In this document: piece after piece, positions 24,652 to 32,000 of the stretch
Layout of the letters: the number at the start of each line of letters is the position of its first letter
How positions within the stretch are numbered: the stretch's first letter is position 1
Assembly (NCBI RefSeq): GCF_049243625.1
Contig: NZ_CP046975.1
Source: Corynebacterium amycolatum
Lineage (GTDB): Bacteria; Actinomycetota; Actinomycetes; Mycobacteriales; Mycobacteriaceae
Strand: one strand, 5' to 3'
Length of the DNA: 32,000 bases
Program-made: the position numbers and the translations under genes
The notes under the pieces: model-generated
What the model saw: only the letters and a program-made list of their open reading frames with translations
Database searches by the model: none
Told to the model about the DNA's origin: nothing

Positions 24652-27408
24652 ATGTCCGATACATCGTCAGGTACGCCACAAGCCCACTCTGATGAGTCAA
24701 ATTTTGCCCTTATCCGTGATGGGGTCGCCTCCTATCTCACGGATGCAGATCCTGAAGAGACCAAGGAGTGGCTTGAGTCTCTCGACGGCCTGTTGGAAGA
24801 GGCAGGTCCGGAACGCGCACGCTTCCTCATGCTGCGACTGCTGGAACGTGCCACGGCAAAGCGCGTGGCCCTACCGCCGCTGACCTCGACAGACCTCGTC
24901 AACACCATCCCGACTGAGATGGAGCCAGAATTCCCAGGCGATGAGGACATTGAGCGCCGCTACCGCAAGTGGATCCGCTGGAATGCGGCAATTATGGTCC
25001 ATCGCGCACAGCGTCCAGGTATCGGCGTGGGCGGACATATCTCCACCTATGCGGGTGCCGCACCGCTTTACGAGGTCGGCTTTAACCACTTCTTCCGCGG
25101 CAAGGACCACCCAGGCGGCGGTGACCACGTCTTCTTCCAGGGCCACGCTTCGCCGGGCATGTACGCCCGTGCATTCCTAGAGGGGCGCCTGACCGAAGAG
25201 GACCTCGACGGTTTCCGACAGGAGGTCTCCCTCGGTGAGGGCAATGGCCTTCCCTCCTACCCGCACCCGCATGGCATGCCGGAGTTCTGGGAGTTCCCGA
25301 CGGTGTCTATGGGGCTGGGACCAATTAACGCTATCTACCAGGCCCGTTTTAACCGCTATCTCCATGACCGCGGCATCAAGGACACCTCACAGCAGCACGT
25401 TTGGGCCTTCCTCGGTGACGGCGAAATGGACGAGCCGGAATCCCGTGGTGCCATTCAGCATGCGGCGCTGAACAACCTGGATAACCTGACATTCGTCATT
25501 AACTGCAACCTGCAACGTCTCGACGGTCCGGTGCGCGGTAACACCAGCATCATCCAAGAGTTGGAGTCGTTCTTCCGCGGCGCTGGTTGGAATGTCATCA
25601 AGGTCGTTTGGGGCCGTGAATGGGACGAGCTCTTCGCCAAGGACAAGGACGGCGCACTAGTCGACCTGATGAATAAGTTCTGCGATGGCGATTACCAGAC
25701 CCTGAAGGCTAACGACGGCGCTTGGGTGCGAGAGCACTTCTTCGGCCGTGACCCGCGCACTGCCAAGCTGGTCGAGGACATGACCGACGAGGAGATTTGG
25801 AACCTCCGTCGAGGTGGCCACGACTACCGCAAGATTTACGCTGCCTACAAGAAGGCCTTGGAGACCAAGGATCAGCCGACTGTCATCCTGGCGCACACGG
25901 TTAAGGGCTATGGCCTTGGCCACAACTTCGAGGGCCGCAACGCGACCCACCAGATGAAGAAGCTAGCACTCGACGACCTGAAGCTTTTCCGCGATAACCA
26001 GCGCATTCCAATCTCCGACGAGGAGCTGGAGAAGGATCCCTACCTGCCGCCGTACTACAACCCGGGCCCGGAGTCCGAGGAAGTGCAGTACATGCTGGAG
26101 CGACGCAAGGAGCTCGGCGGTTTCGTGCCAGAGCGCCGCACTAGCTACGAGCCTCTGACAGTGCCAAAGCCTGAGAGCCTGAAGAACCTGCTCAAGGGAT
26201 CAGGTAAGCAGAAGGTTGCCACCACTATGGCGACGGTGCGTGTTTTCAGGGACCTGATGCGCGATAAGGACCTCAAGGATCGTTTTGTGCCCATCATCCC
26301 TGATGAGGCCCGTACTTTCGGCATGGACTCCTGGTTCCCGACGCTGAAGATCTACAACCCGCACGGCCAGAATTACACTCCGGTCGACCATGAGCTGATG
26401 CTGTCCTACAAGGAAGCGAAGGACGGCCAGATTCTGCACGAGGGCATTTCCGAGGCGGGCTCTGTGGGGTCGTTTACCGCTGTCGGCTCGGCGTACGCCA
26501 CCCATGGCGTTGCCATGATTCCGCTCTACATCTTCTATTCGATGTTCGGTTTCCAGCGTACGGCTGACTCCATTTGGGCCGCTGGTGACCAAATGACCCG
26601 TGGCTTCCTGCTCGGTGCTACAGCTGGTCGCACGACGCTGACCGGTGAAGGCCTGCAGCACATGGACGGTCACTCCCAACTGCTGGCGGCTACGAACCCG
26701 TCTGTGGTCTCCTACGACCCGGCGTTCGCCTACGAGATTGCCTACATCGTCTGCGACGGTATCGACCGCATGTACGGGCCAGAGCGCGGCGAAGATGTCA
26801 TCTACTACCTGACTATCTACAATGAGCCGACTTCGCAGCCGGCTGTCCCGGAAGACCTCGATGTCGAGGGGCTACTTGGCGGTATCTACCGCTTCCGCAA
26901 GGCTGAGGGCGACAAGCATGTCAACCTGCTGGCTTCCGGCATTGGCATGCAGGAGGCGCTGCGCGCCGCGGACATCCTGGAAGACTACGGCGTGGCTTCC
27001 TCGATTTACTCGGTGACATCGTGGAATGAGCTGGCCCGCGATGGGCACGAGCGTGACACTGAGCGTCTACACAACCCGGCTGAAGAGGTCGACGACGCCT
27101 TCGTTACCCGCCAGCTGTCCGACACCGATGGGCCGTTCATCGCAGTGACCGACTTCCAACGTGCGGTCCCGGAGCAGATTCGCAAGTGGGTTCCGGGTGA
27201 CTACACCGTCCTCGGCACCGACGGCTACGGCTTCTCGGATACCCGTCCGGCCGCTCGCCGCTACTTCAACTCCGACGGCGAGTCAGTCGCTGTTGCGGCC
27301 CTGTCCGCACTGGCACGCGCTGGCAAGCTCGACATGAATGTCGCCCAGGAAGCAGCTGAAGAGCTGCAGATTACCGATCCAACCGCAACCACTCAGGACG
27401 CTGAATAA
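24652..27408 (+). CDS. aceE: Pyruvate dehydrogenase E1 component, homodimeric type
   Basis: 918 aa with the ThDP motif [10 protein letters not shown]…[14 protein letters not shown], plus HQMKKL and SEAGSVGSF blocks. This is the typical actinobacterial AceE. Confidence 0.96.
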   Translation: MSDTSSGTPQAHSDESNFALIRDGVASYLTDADPEETKEWLESLDGLLEEAGPERARFLMLRLLERATAKRVALPPLTSTDLVNTIPTEMEPEFPGDEDIERRYRKWIRWNAAIMVHRAQRPGIGVGGHISTYAGAAPLYEVGFNHFFRGKDHPGGGDHVFFQGHASPGMYARAFLEGRLTEEDLDGFRQEVSLGEGNGLPSYPHPHGMPEFWEFPTVSMGLGPINAIYQARFNRYLHDRGIKDTSQQHVWAFLGDGEMDEPESRGAIQHAALNNLDNLTFVINCNLQRLDGPVRGNTSIIQELESFFRGAGWNVIKVVWGREWDELFAKDKDGALVDLMNKFCDGDYQTLKANDGAWVREHFFGRDPRTAKLVEDMTDEEIWNLRRGGHDYRKIYAAYKKALETKDQPTVILAHTVKGYGLGHNFEGRNATHQMKKLALDDLKLFRDNQRIPISDEELEKDPYLPPYYNPGPESEEVQYMLERRKELGGFVPERRTSYEPLTVPKPESLKNLLKGSGKQKVATTMATVRVFRDLMRDKDLKDRFVPIIPDEARTFGMDSWFPTLKIYNPHGQNYTPVDHELMLSYKEAKDGQILHEGISEAGSVGSFTAVGSAYATHGVAMIPLYIFYSMFGFQRTADSIWAAGDQMTRGFLLGATAGRTTLTGEGLQHMDGHSQLLAATNPSVVSYDPAFAYEIAYIVCDGIDRMYGPERGEDVIYYLTIYNEPTSQPAVPEDLDVEGLLGGIYRFRKAEGDKHVNLLASGIGMQEALRAADILEDYGVASSIYSVTSWNELARDGHERDTERLHNPAEEVDDAFVTRQLSDTDGPFIAVTDFQRAVPEQIRKWVPGDYTVLGTDGYGFSDTRPAARRYFNSDGESVAVAALSALARAGKLDMNVAQEAAEELQITDPTATTQDAE

Positions 27409-27767
27409 TGACCTCAAGCCTTGGAGATCAGCTCAGCGCCCTACTGGGCACACAGGTCACCGGTGACGCTGACGATGCCTCACCTAATGCAGCGAACGGG
27501 GGCTCGAAGAAGAGTTCCGCCGACGCTGACCTGCCCGCAGGTCTTCACGGCGAGGTCGCGGCAATCGTCAAAAAGATGGCTAACGACGAGGTGGAGTCCT
27601 TAGAGCTCTCCACCCCGCTGACCGACTACGGTTTTGACCGCCTAAGCGTCGTAGAGTTGGCCGTCCGTTGCGAAGAAGAGCTGGGAGCCCGCGTTGAGGA
27701 CGAGGACATTTCCTCGTTTAAGACCCTCGGCGATGTAGTTGACTACATCGCCGCCCGGCGCGGGTAG
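27408..27767 (+). CDS. Acyl-carrier-protein-like protein (AcpM-like) lacking the canonical attachment serine
   Basis: Its ATG overlaps the aceE TAA stop (TAATG). The C-terminal 70 aa have an ACP helix pattern, TDYGFDRLSVVELAVRCEEELGARVEDEDISSFKTLGDVVDYI, with DRL where DSL is expected. Confidence 0.7.
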   Translation: MTSSLGDQLSALLGTQVTGDADDASPNAANGGSKKSSADADLPAGLHGEVAAIVKKMANDEVESLELSTPLTDYGFDRLSVVELAVRCEEELGARVEDEDISSFKTLGDVVDYIAARRG

Positions 27768-28366
27768 AGCTGCAGCACGTTAGCTGCCTCTACCCCACCA
27801 AGGTCTGCGTTGCCAGCGGTCGAGTTGCCGCTGGCACTGTCGGTCCCGGCAGGGGTGGACGTCGTAAAGCAGTCTTCGGGGGCGTAGCCTGCCGTCATCA
27901 TGCGCATCGGCTCTAACACGCGGTCCCACGGCCCACCGATGGCCGCGTCGAGGGCACCTTTGATGTCGCCGCCGCGCGCCATGATGGAACGCAGCGCGTC
28001 TTCGTTGATCACGATGTTTCCGGCGGCATCGGTCTGTCCGGCGAAAGTCCCCAGCTGCGGGGTATGGCAGTAGCGCATACCGTCAATGGCGTAGCCGTCA
28101 TCATCCACGGCTGGGTCTTGCGCCAGCTCGAAATAGAGGCGCGGCCACCTAGCCAGGTTGTCCACCAGTGTGGCGATGGTGTCAGCACTTGCAGTGAAAG
28201 GCACCTCAGCGCACAAAGTGGAATCCTGGTCGGTCGCACGCCAAATATCCCGGCCTGGCTTAGTGCCATCGGGCATGCTGAGTCGGGCCAGCGCCCACGT
28301 GATGTGTGGTTGCAGCGGCCCTGGCATGCTGTGAATCCACAGGACGCCTGAAAGTTGGGTGCGCAT
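27743..28366 (-). CDS. DUF3145 domain-containing protein
   Basis: The N-terminus GVLWIHSMPGPLQPHITWALARL… matches my recollection of the DUF3145 family (LYxHSxPxxLxPHVEWA). It has a 25-nt convergent overlap with the ACP-like gene. Confidence 0.68.
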   Translation of the reverse strand: MRTQLSGVLWIHSMPGPLQPHITWALARLSMPDGTKPGRDIWRATDQDSTLCAEVPFTASADTIATLVDNLARWPRLYFELAQDPAVDDDGYAIDGMRYCHTPQLGTFAGQTDAAGNIVINEDALRSIMARGGDIKGALDAAIGGPWDRVLEPMRMMTAGYAPEDCFTTSTPAGTDSASGNSTAGNADLGGVEAANVLQLYPRRAAM

Positions 28367-28590
28367 AGACGAAGGTCCTCGGAAAGGTTGCGGTCAATTG
28401 GTGTAAGACGAGATTCGTCTTCCCCTACGAACTCATCCAACGACACTTGCCACACTGCAGAAAAAGCACTGCGGTAAAACAACACTTCTGAGGTTTGCGT
28501 TGCACGTGTTTATGATTGTTATTTCCAAGACGGCTGCTGGCAACCCTCAAGTTGTCCTTAATCCCCCAGATGTGATTTAACGCTGAGACG

Positions 28591-28618
28591 AAAAATCGGC
28601 GCCGCAAGCGACGCCGGC
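28591..28618 (-). terminator. Intrinsic terminator downstream of the serine hydrolase gene
   Basis: The minus strand reads CGGCGTC-GCTTGC-GGCGCCG followed by ATTTTTC, a 7-bp GC-rich stem including one G.U pair. It lies 17 nt after the TAA stop. Confidence 0.6.
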
Positions 28619-28634
28619 TTACTCCACATCCCCC

Positions 28635-29489
28635 TTAATCCTCAGCGTGTTCTTCCAGCTCACTCCAGAGTTCGTCGTTGAAGTCGGCCCATAGAGGCTT
28701 TGCCCACTCGCCGAAATCTCGGTCGGTCAGCGCGATTGCCGCCCGTCCGGTTGGACGATGCAGCCACAGGAGTGTGCCCGCTTGCCCAAAATGGCCTGCG
28801 ACATCCTTGGGCATCGAGGCACCAAACCACAGCCCCTGCTTGGAATCGGGGTGCCCGAAGATCTCAAAGCCCAGGCCCCAATCGGCCGGACGTTGCATAC
28901 CATAGCCAGGCACAACACCATTCAGCCCCGGGAACTGCACCGTCAACGCCTCAGTCACGGTATCGGGATGCAGAAGAGTCGGGGCGAGAATCTCATCGAC
29001 GAAGGCCATGAGATTAGCGACGCTGCTGCGCGCGCCATGCCCTGCCGAGCCATCCAGCACGGAATCCGCCATCCCTAGCGGCTCAAACACAGCCTGGCGC
29101 AGGTATTCACTAAACGGCATGTCTGCCTCCGCGGCGATTACATCGGCGATGATGTCAAAACCCGCGGAGGAGTAAATACGCCGCTCCCCTGGCTCTTTTT
29201 CCAGCTCACGGCTGGCAAACCCCACCCCGCCGGCGTGCGCCAGTAGGTGACGCACAGTCGCACCACGACCGGGTGGCGTGAGCTCTTGATTGAGCTCCAG
29301 CGCACCCTCTTCGACGGCCACAAGCATTCCCACGGCCGCCAACAGCTTGGTCACACTGGCCAGTTCAAAAACTCGGCCGCTATCACCGTGGGTGTGCCAA
29401 CTGCCATCGTCGGCACGCGCGGCAGCCGCGACCGCGTCGACTGGCCACTGGTCAACTTGCGCTAGAACAGAGGGCTTCCAAGAAGTCAT
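28635..29489 (-). CDS. Serine hydrolase, beta-lactamase/transpeptidase-like family
   Basis: The SxxK nucleophile motif is FELASVTKLLAA, with a YSS(A)GF block further downstream. I chose ATG 29489 because it has a GAGGA RBS and lies 10 nt after the upstream stop. The longer ORF start at 29639 would overlap the transporter gene. Confidence 0.8.
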   Translation of the reverse strand: MTSWKPSVLAQVDQWPVDAVAAAARADDGSWHTHGDSGRVFELASVTKLLAAVGMLVAVEEGALELNQELTPPGRGATVRHLLAHAGGVGFASRELEKEPGERRIYSSAGFDIIADVIAAEADMPFSEYLRQAVFEPLGMADSVLDGSAGHGARSSVANLMAFVDEILAPTLLHPDTVTEALTVQFPGLNGVVPGYGMQRPADWGLGFEIFGHPDSKQGLWFGASMPKDVAGHFGQAGTLLWLHRPTGRAAIALTDRDFGEWAKPLWADFNDELWSELEEHAED

Positions 29490-29499
29490 GTCCTCAAGA

Positions 29500-30876
29500 C
29501 TACGCAAGCGCGGCAGACGTGGACTTCTCAGCAGGCGCGTCCGCAGACTCGTCGTCCGACTCGTCAGCTGTTTCGTCGGCTGGCGACAGGTCGGCGTTGG
29601 CGCTTGCGTCCCACTCGCCCTGGTCCCAAATTCCTGCACGCTTTGCGACGACCAACGGGACCACGGCCTGACCGGTGACGTTTACCGCGGTGCGTCCCAT
29701 ATCCACAATCGGCTCGACAGCCAACAGGAGGCCGACACCGGCGAGTGGCAGGCCGAGGGTCGACAGGGTCAGGGTCAGCATGACGGTAGCGCCGGTGGTG
29801 CCAGCAGTTGCAGCCGAACCGATAACGGAGACGAAGATGATGAGCAGGTAGTCCGTGAAGTCCAGCGGTACCCCGTAGAACTGCGACACGAAGATAGCTG
29901 CGATAGCCGGGTAAATGGCAGCGCAACCATCCATCTTCGTGGTAGCACCCAGCGGCACTGCGAAAGAGGCGTACTCATCCGGCACTGCCAGACGACGCGA
30001 GACAACGCGCTCAGTGACCGGCATGACGCCCATCGACGAACGAGTAAAGAAGCCGAGCGAGGTCACTGGCCAGACGCGACGGAAGAAGTCGATTGGGCTA
30101 ATGCCATGAATCTTCAGCACAGCTGGGTACACAACTGCGATAACCAGGAACAGGCCAATGTAGATGGCAATGGCGAACTTGCCCAGGCTGCCAAGTGCTT
30201 CCCAACCGTACTCAGCGACAGCATGACCGATCAGAGCCGCAGTACCGATTGGTGCCAGACGGATAACCCACCACAGCACCTTCTGCACGATGGTCAAAAG
30301 AGAGCCGGAGAACTCGATGAACGGTTCAGCCTTCGGGCCGACCTTTACTGCGGCAATACCGAAGACAATCGCGATGACCAGCAGCTGCAGGACGTTGAAG
30401 TTCAGCGAGCCGGATACAGCACCGTCAGATTCGCTGATCTTCACACCAAGGCCGAGGAAGTTCTGCGGGACAATGCTCTGCAGGAATCCCCACCACGAGC
30501 CCACAGAATCCGGTTCCTGTGCAGCCGAGGCATCGACGCCGGAGTTAACGCCCGGCTTGATAAGCAAGCCCAGGCCAATGGCAATAACCACCGATACAAA
30601 GGATGTGATGGCGAACCAAATAAGCGTCGAAACAGCCAGCTTGGCTGCGCCTGCGACCTGGCGCAGGTTGGCAATCGACACCACGACTGCGGTGACCACC
30701 AGCGGCGGAATGAGCAGCTTCAACAGCGTGACGTAGGTACTGCCGACCTCGTCCAGCGCTGTGCGCAGCGAGGAGTCATCGCCAGTACTGCGGGCCATGA
30801 AGCCCAAAATGAGACCAATAATCAGGCCATAGACAACTTGGGCACCGAAGCCGGTCGCCCATGTGAATTTATTCAC
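29500..30876 (-). CDS. Dicarboxylate/amino acid:cation symporter (DAACS family)
   Basis: 458 aa and polytopic, with DAACS-type blocks …TRSSMGVMPVT… and …GATTKMDGCAAIYPAIAAIFV…. The GTG start is preceded by AGGAGG. The C-terminal tail is acidic. Confidence 0.85.
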   Translation of the reverse strand: MNKFTWATGFGAQVVYGLIIGLILGFMARSTGDDSSLRTALDEVGSTYVTLLKLLIPPLVVTAVVVSIANLRQVAGAAKLAVSTLIWFAITSFVSVVIAIGLGLLIKPGVNSGVDASAAQEPDSVGSWWGFLQSIVPQNFLGLGVKISESDGAVSGSLNFNVLQLLVIAIVFGIAAVKVGPKAEPFIEFSGSLLTIVQKVLWWVIRLAPIGTAALIGHAVAEYGWEALGSLGKFAIAIYIGLFLVIAVVYPAVLKIHGISPIDFFRRVWPVTSLGFFTRSSMGVMPVTERVVSRRLAVPDEYASFAVPLGATTKMDGCAAIYPAIAAIFVSQFYGVPLDFTDYLLIIFVSVIGSAATAGTTGATVMLTLTLSTLGLPLAGVGLLLAVEPIVDMGRTAVNVTGQAVVPLVVAKRAGIWDQGEWDASANADLSPADETADESDDESADAPAEKSTSAALA

Positions 30877-31196
30877 TTTTCCTCCTGGAAGTTTATCTGT
30901 CTGAAAACACTTATGGCGCGCTTTAGGTCATCTGACATATGCGCGTGATGGGGTATCCGAGGGCCGCTGGGCTCAGCTTCGAAGAGGTAGGCGCAACGGG
31001 GGCGGAAACCTGAAGTGTTTAGCGACAGGAGGAAGTGGAAATTCGGCCGTAATCGAGCCAACGCCGCTTTGTGAGCATTTTCATGTTGGTCATTTCTATC
31101 TTGCAAGTCCGGTTAAGAGACAAACGATAAGACTGCCACGATTGATGTTGTGACACCAATTCCCAACGCAGGCTCACAGCCAAATATTCCGAATCT

Positions 31197-32000
31197 TTAA
31201 TTCGTTTTCTCAGCCTGCTTGCGCAGCTGCAGCACCTTTAGCGAGCAGAGGAAACCGATAGTTAGCGCACCGACGGCGGAATACAGCGCAAACTGTGTGG
31301 CATGTGCAAACGCATTTGTCAGCGGGATCAATACAGCGTCGGAAGCGCCCTGCGCCCGCAGACCAATCAGGATAGAGCCGGCGGAATCCTTCAGCCCCTG
31401 CCCCATCTGCTCCAGTCCCGGCGACAACTTCGCAATCTCGCGATCCAGCCCAATCGTCAACGCCATACCACCGAGTGCCGCACCGAGAGCAGAACCAATC
31501 TGCCGGATTGTCGACTGCGTCGCCGACGCCTGTCCCGACAGACGCACCGGAATATCGCCGAGCACCAGCGAGGTCAGTTGCGCCGACGCCAGGCCAAGGC
31601 CCAGACCGTAGATAATCAGCGCAAACACAACTAGCCACAACGGCAGGCCAACACGCTCTTCCGCCGCCAACTGCAGCGAACCAAAGACCTCGAGCCCCAG
31701 CCCCACAATCACGACACCGGCCGGGGTGATCCGGGCTGCTAGATGACGCGCCATGGCACCTGCGAAAAACGCGCCGAGAGCCATCGCTGCCAGGACCAGG
31801 CCAGTTGCAATCGTCGACAAGCCAATCGCCGACACCAAGTAGAGCGGCAGCACGAAGACCAGCGCGAACTCACCCACCGCGACGAGCATCGCCGTCGTAT
31901 TCCCCCAGCTAAACGTGGCGTAGGAGAACATCGACACGTCCAACAGCGCAGGATCCGCGTTCTTCCGACGACGATTCTCCCACAGCACGAAGGCGACGAG
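31197..32000 (-). CDS. MFS transporter, DHA2/EmrB-like (N-terminal part lies beyond the window)
   Basis: The frame stays open to base 32000 (…LVAFVLWENRRRKNADPALLDVSMFSY…), the typical central loop of 14-TMS drug:H+ antiporters. Six further TM segments follow. Confidence 0.8.
   Translation of the reverse strand, partial: LVAFVLWENRRRKNADPALLDVSMFSYATFSWGNTTAMLVAVGEFALVFVLPLYLVSAIGLSTIATGLVLAAMALGAFFAGAMARHLAARITPAGVVIVGLGLEVFGSLQLAAEERVGLPLWLVVFALIIYGLGLGLASAQLTSLVLGDIPVRLSGQASATQSTIRQIGSALGAALGGMALTIGLDREIAKLSPGLEQMGQGLKDSAGSILIGLRAQGASDAVLIPLTNAFAHATQFALYSAVGALTIGFLCSLKVLQLRKQAEKTN

Noticed and set aside
29490-29639. Long N-terminal extension of the serine hydrolase (334-aa ORF)
   Set aside because: It would overlap the transporter gene by 140 nt and encode Arg/Thr/Pro-rich sequence. 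ATG 29489 has a proper RBS and sits just after the upstream stop.
29290-30948. 552-aa ORF on the + strand
   Set aside because: It is entirely antisense to the DAACS transporter and the hydrolase gene. Its composition is Arg/Asp/Gln/His-rich nonsense with no motifs. This is a typical shadow ORF of a high-GC gene, and the minus-strand genes have clear family signatures.
30873-31106. 77-aa minus-strand ORF in the transporter leader, and the 60-aa ORF at 28425-28607
   Set aside because: Neither has an RBS or recognisable features. The 77-aa ORF overlaps the transporter's own RBS and start. Both are probably chance ORFs in non-coding DNA.
1-32000. CRISPR arrays, IS elements, toxin-antitoxin or defence islands
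   Set aside because: I read both strands for regularly spaced repeats, terminal inverted repeats, and transposase, integrase or nuclease-type ORFs, and found none. The only repeats are the short arrays at 11036-11085, 13404-13426 and 21066-21135.

Overview
High-GC actinobacterial chromosome, most likely Corynebacterium or a close Mycobacteriales relative, judged from the protein sequences and gene order. As far as I recall the M. tuberculosis map, the order is largely colinear with Rv2221c-Rv2241: glnE, glnA2, panB, a CYTH-CHAD protein, then a minus-strand block of cobC-like PLP enzyme, Nif3, DUF164 zinc ribbon and histidine phosphatase ending in RNase P RNA. It continues with a HAD/PtkA-like gene, ptpA, SURF1, cobD/cbiB, DUF3052 and aceE. 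I call 28 CDS (two cut by the window edges), one tRNA-Val(UAC), the RNase P RNA (rnpB), two intrinsic terminators and two short repeat clusters. I saw no transposase, integrase, CRISPR array, prophage or recognisable defence or toxin module, so this is a core housekeeping region and I found no clear new multi-gene system. The items most worth follow-up are listed here. (1) An AcpM-like carrier protein is translationally coupled to aceE, and its phosphopantetheine-attachment Ser codon is Arg; it looks like a scar or repurposed relic of the FAS-II operon. (2) A galactokinase/GHMP-fold protein has all three catalytic motifs degenerate. (3) An unassignable 740-aa protein with an acidic tail sits downstream of glnA2-glnE. 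(4) The colinear nif3, DUF164, phosphatase and rnpB block lacks the RNase H domain present in the mycobacterial homologue. (5) Two lower-GC insertions break the conserved order: an orphan GtrA gene, and a snapalysin-like secreted protease whose start is jammed against the tRNA-Val terminator. All family assignments come from reading motifs by eye; no database search was possible.
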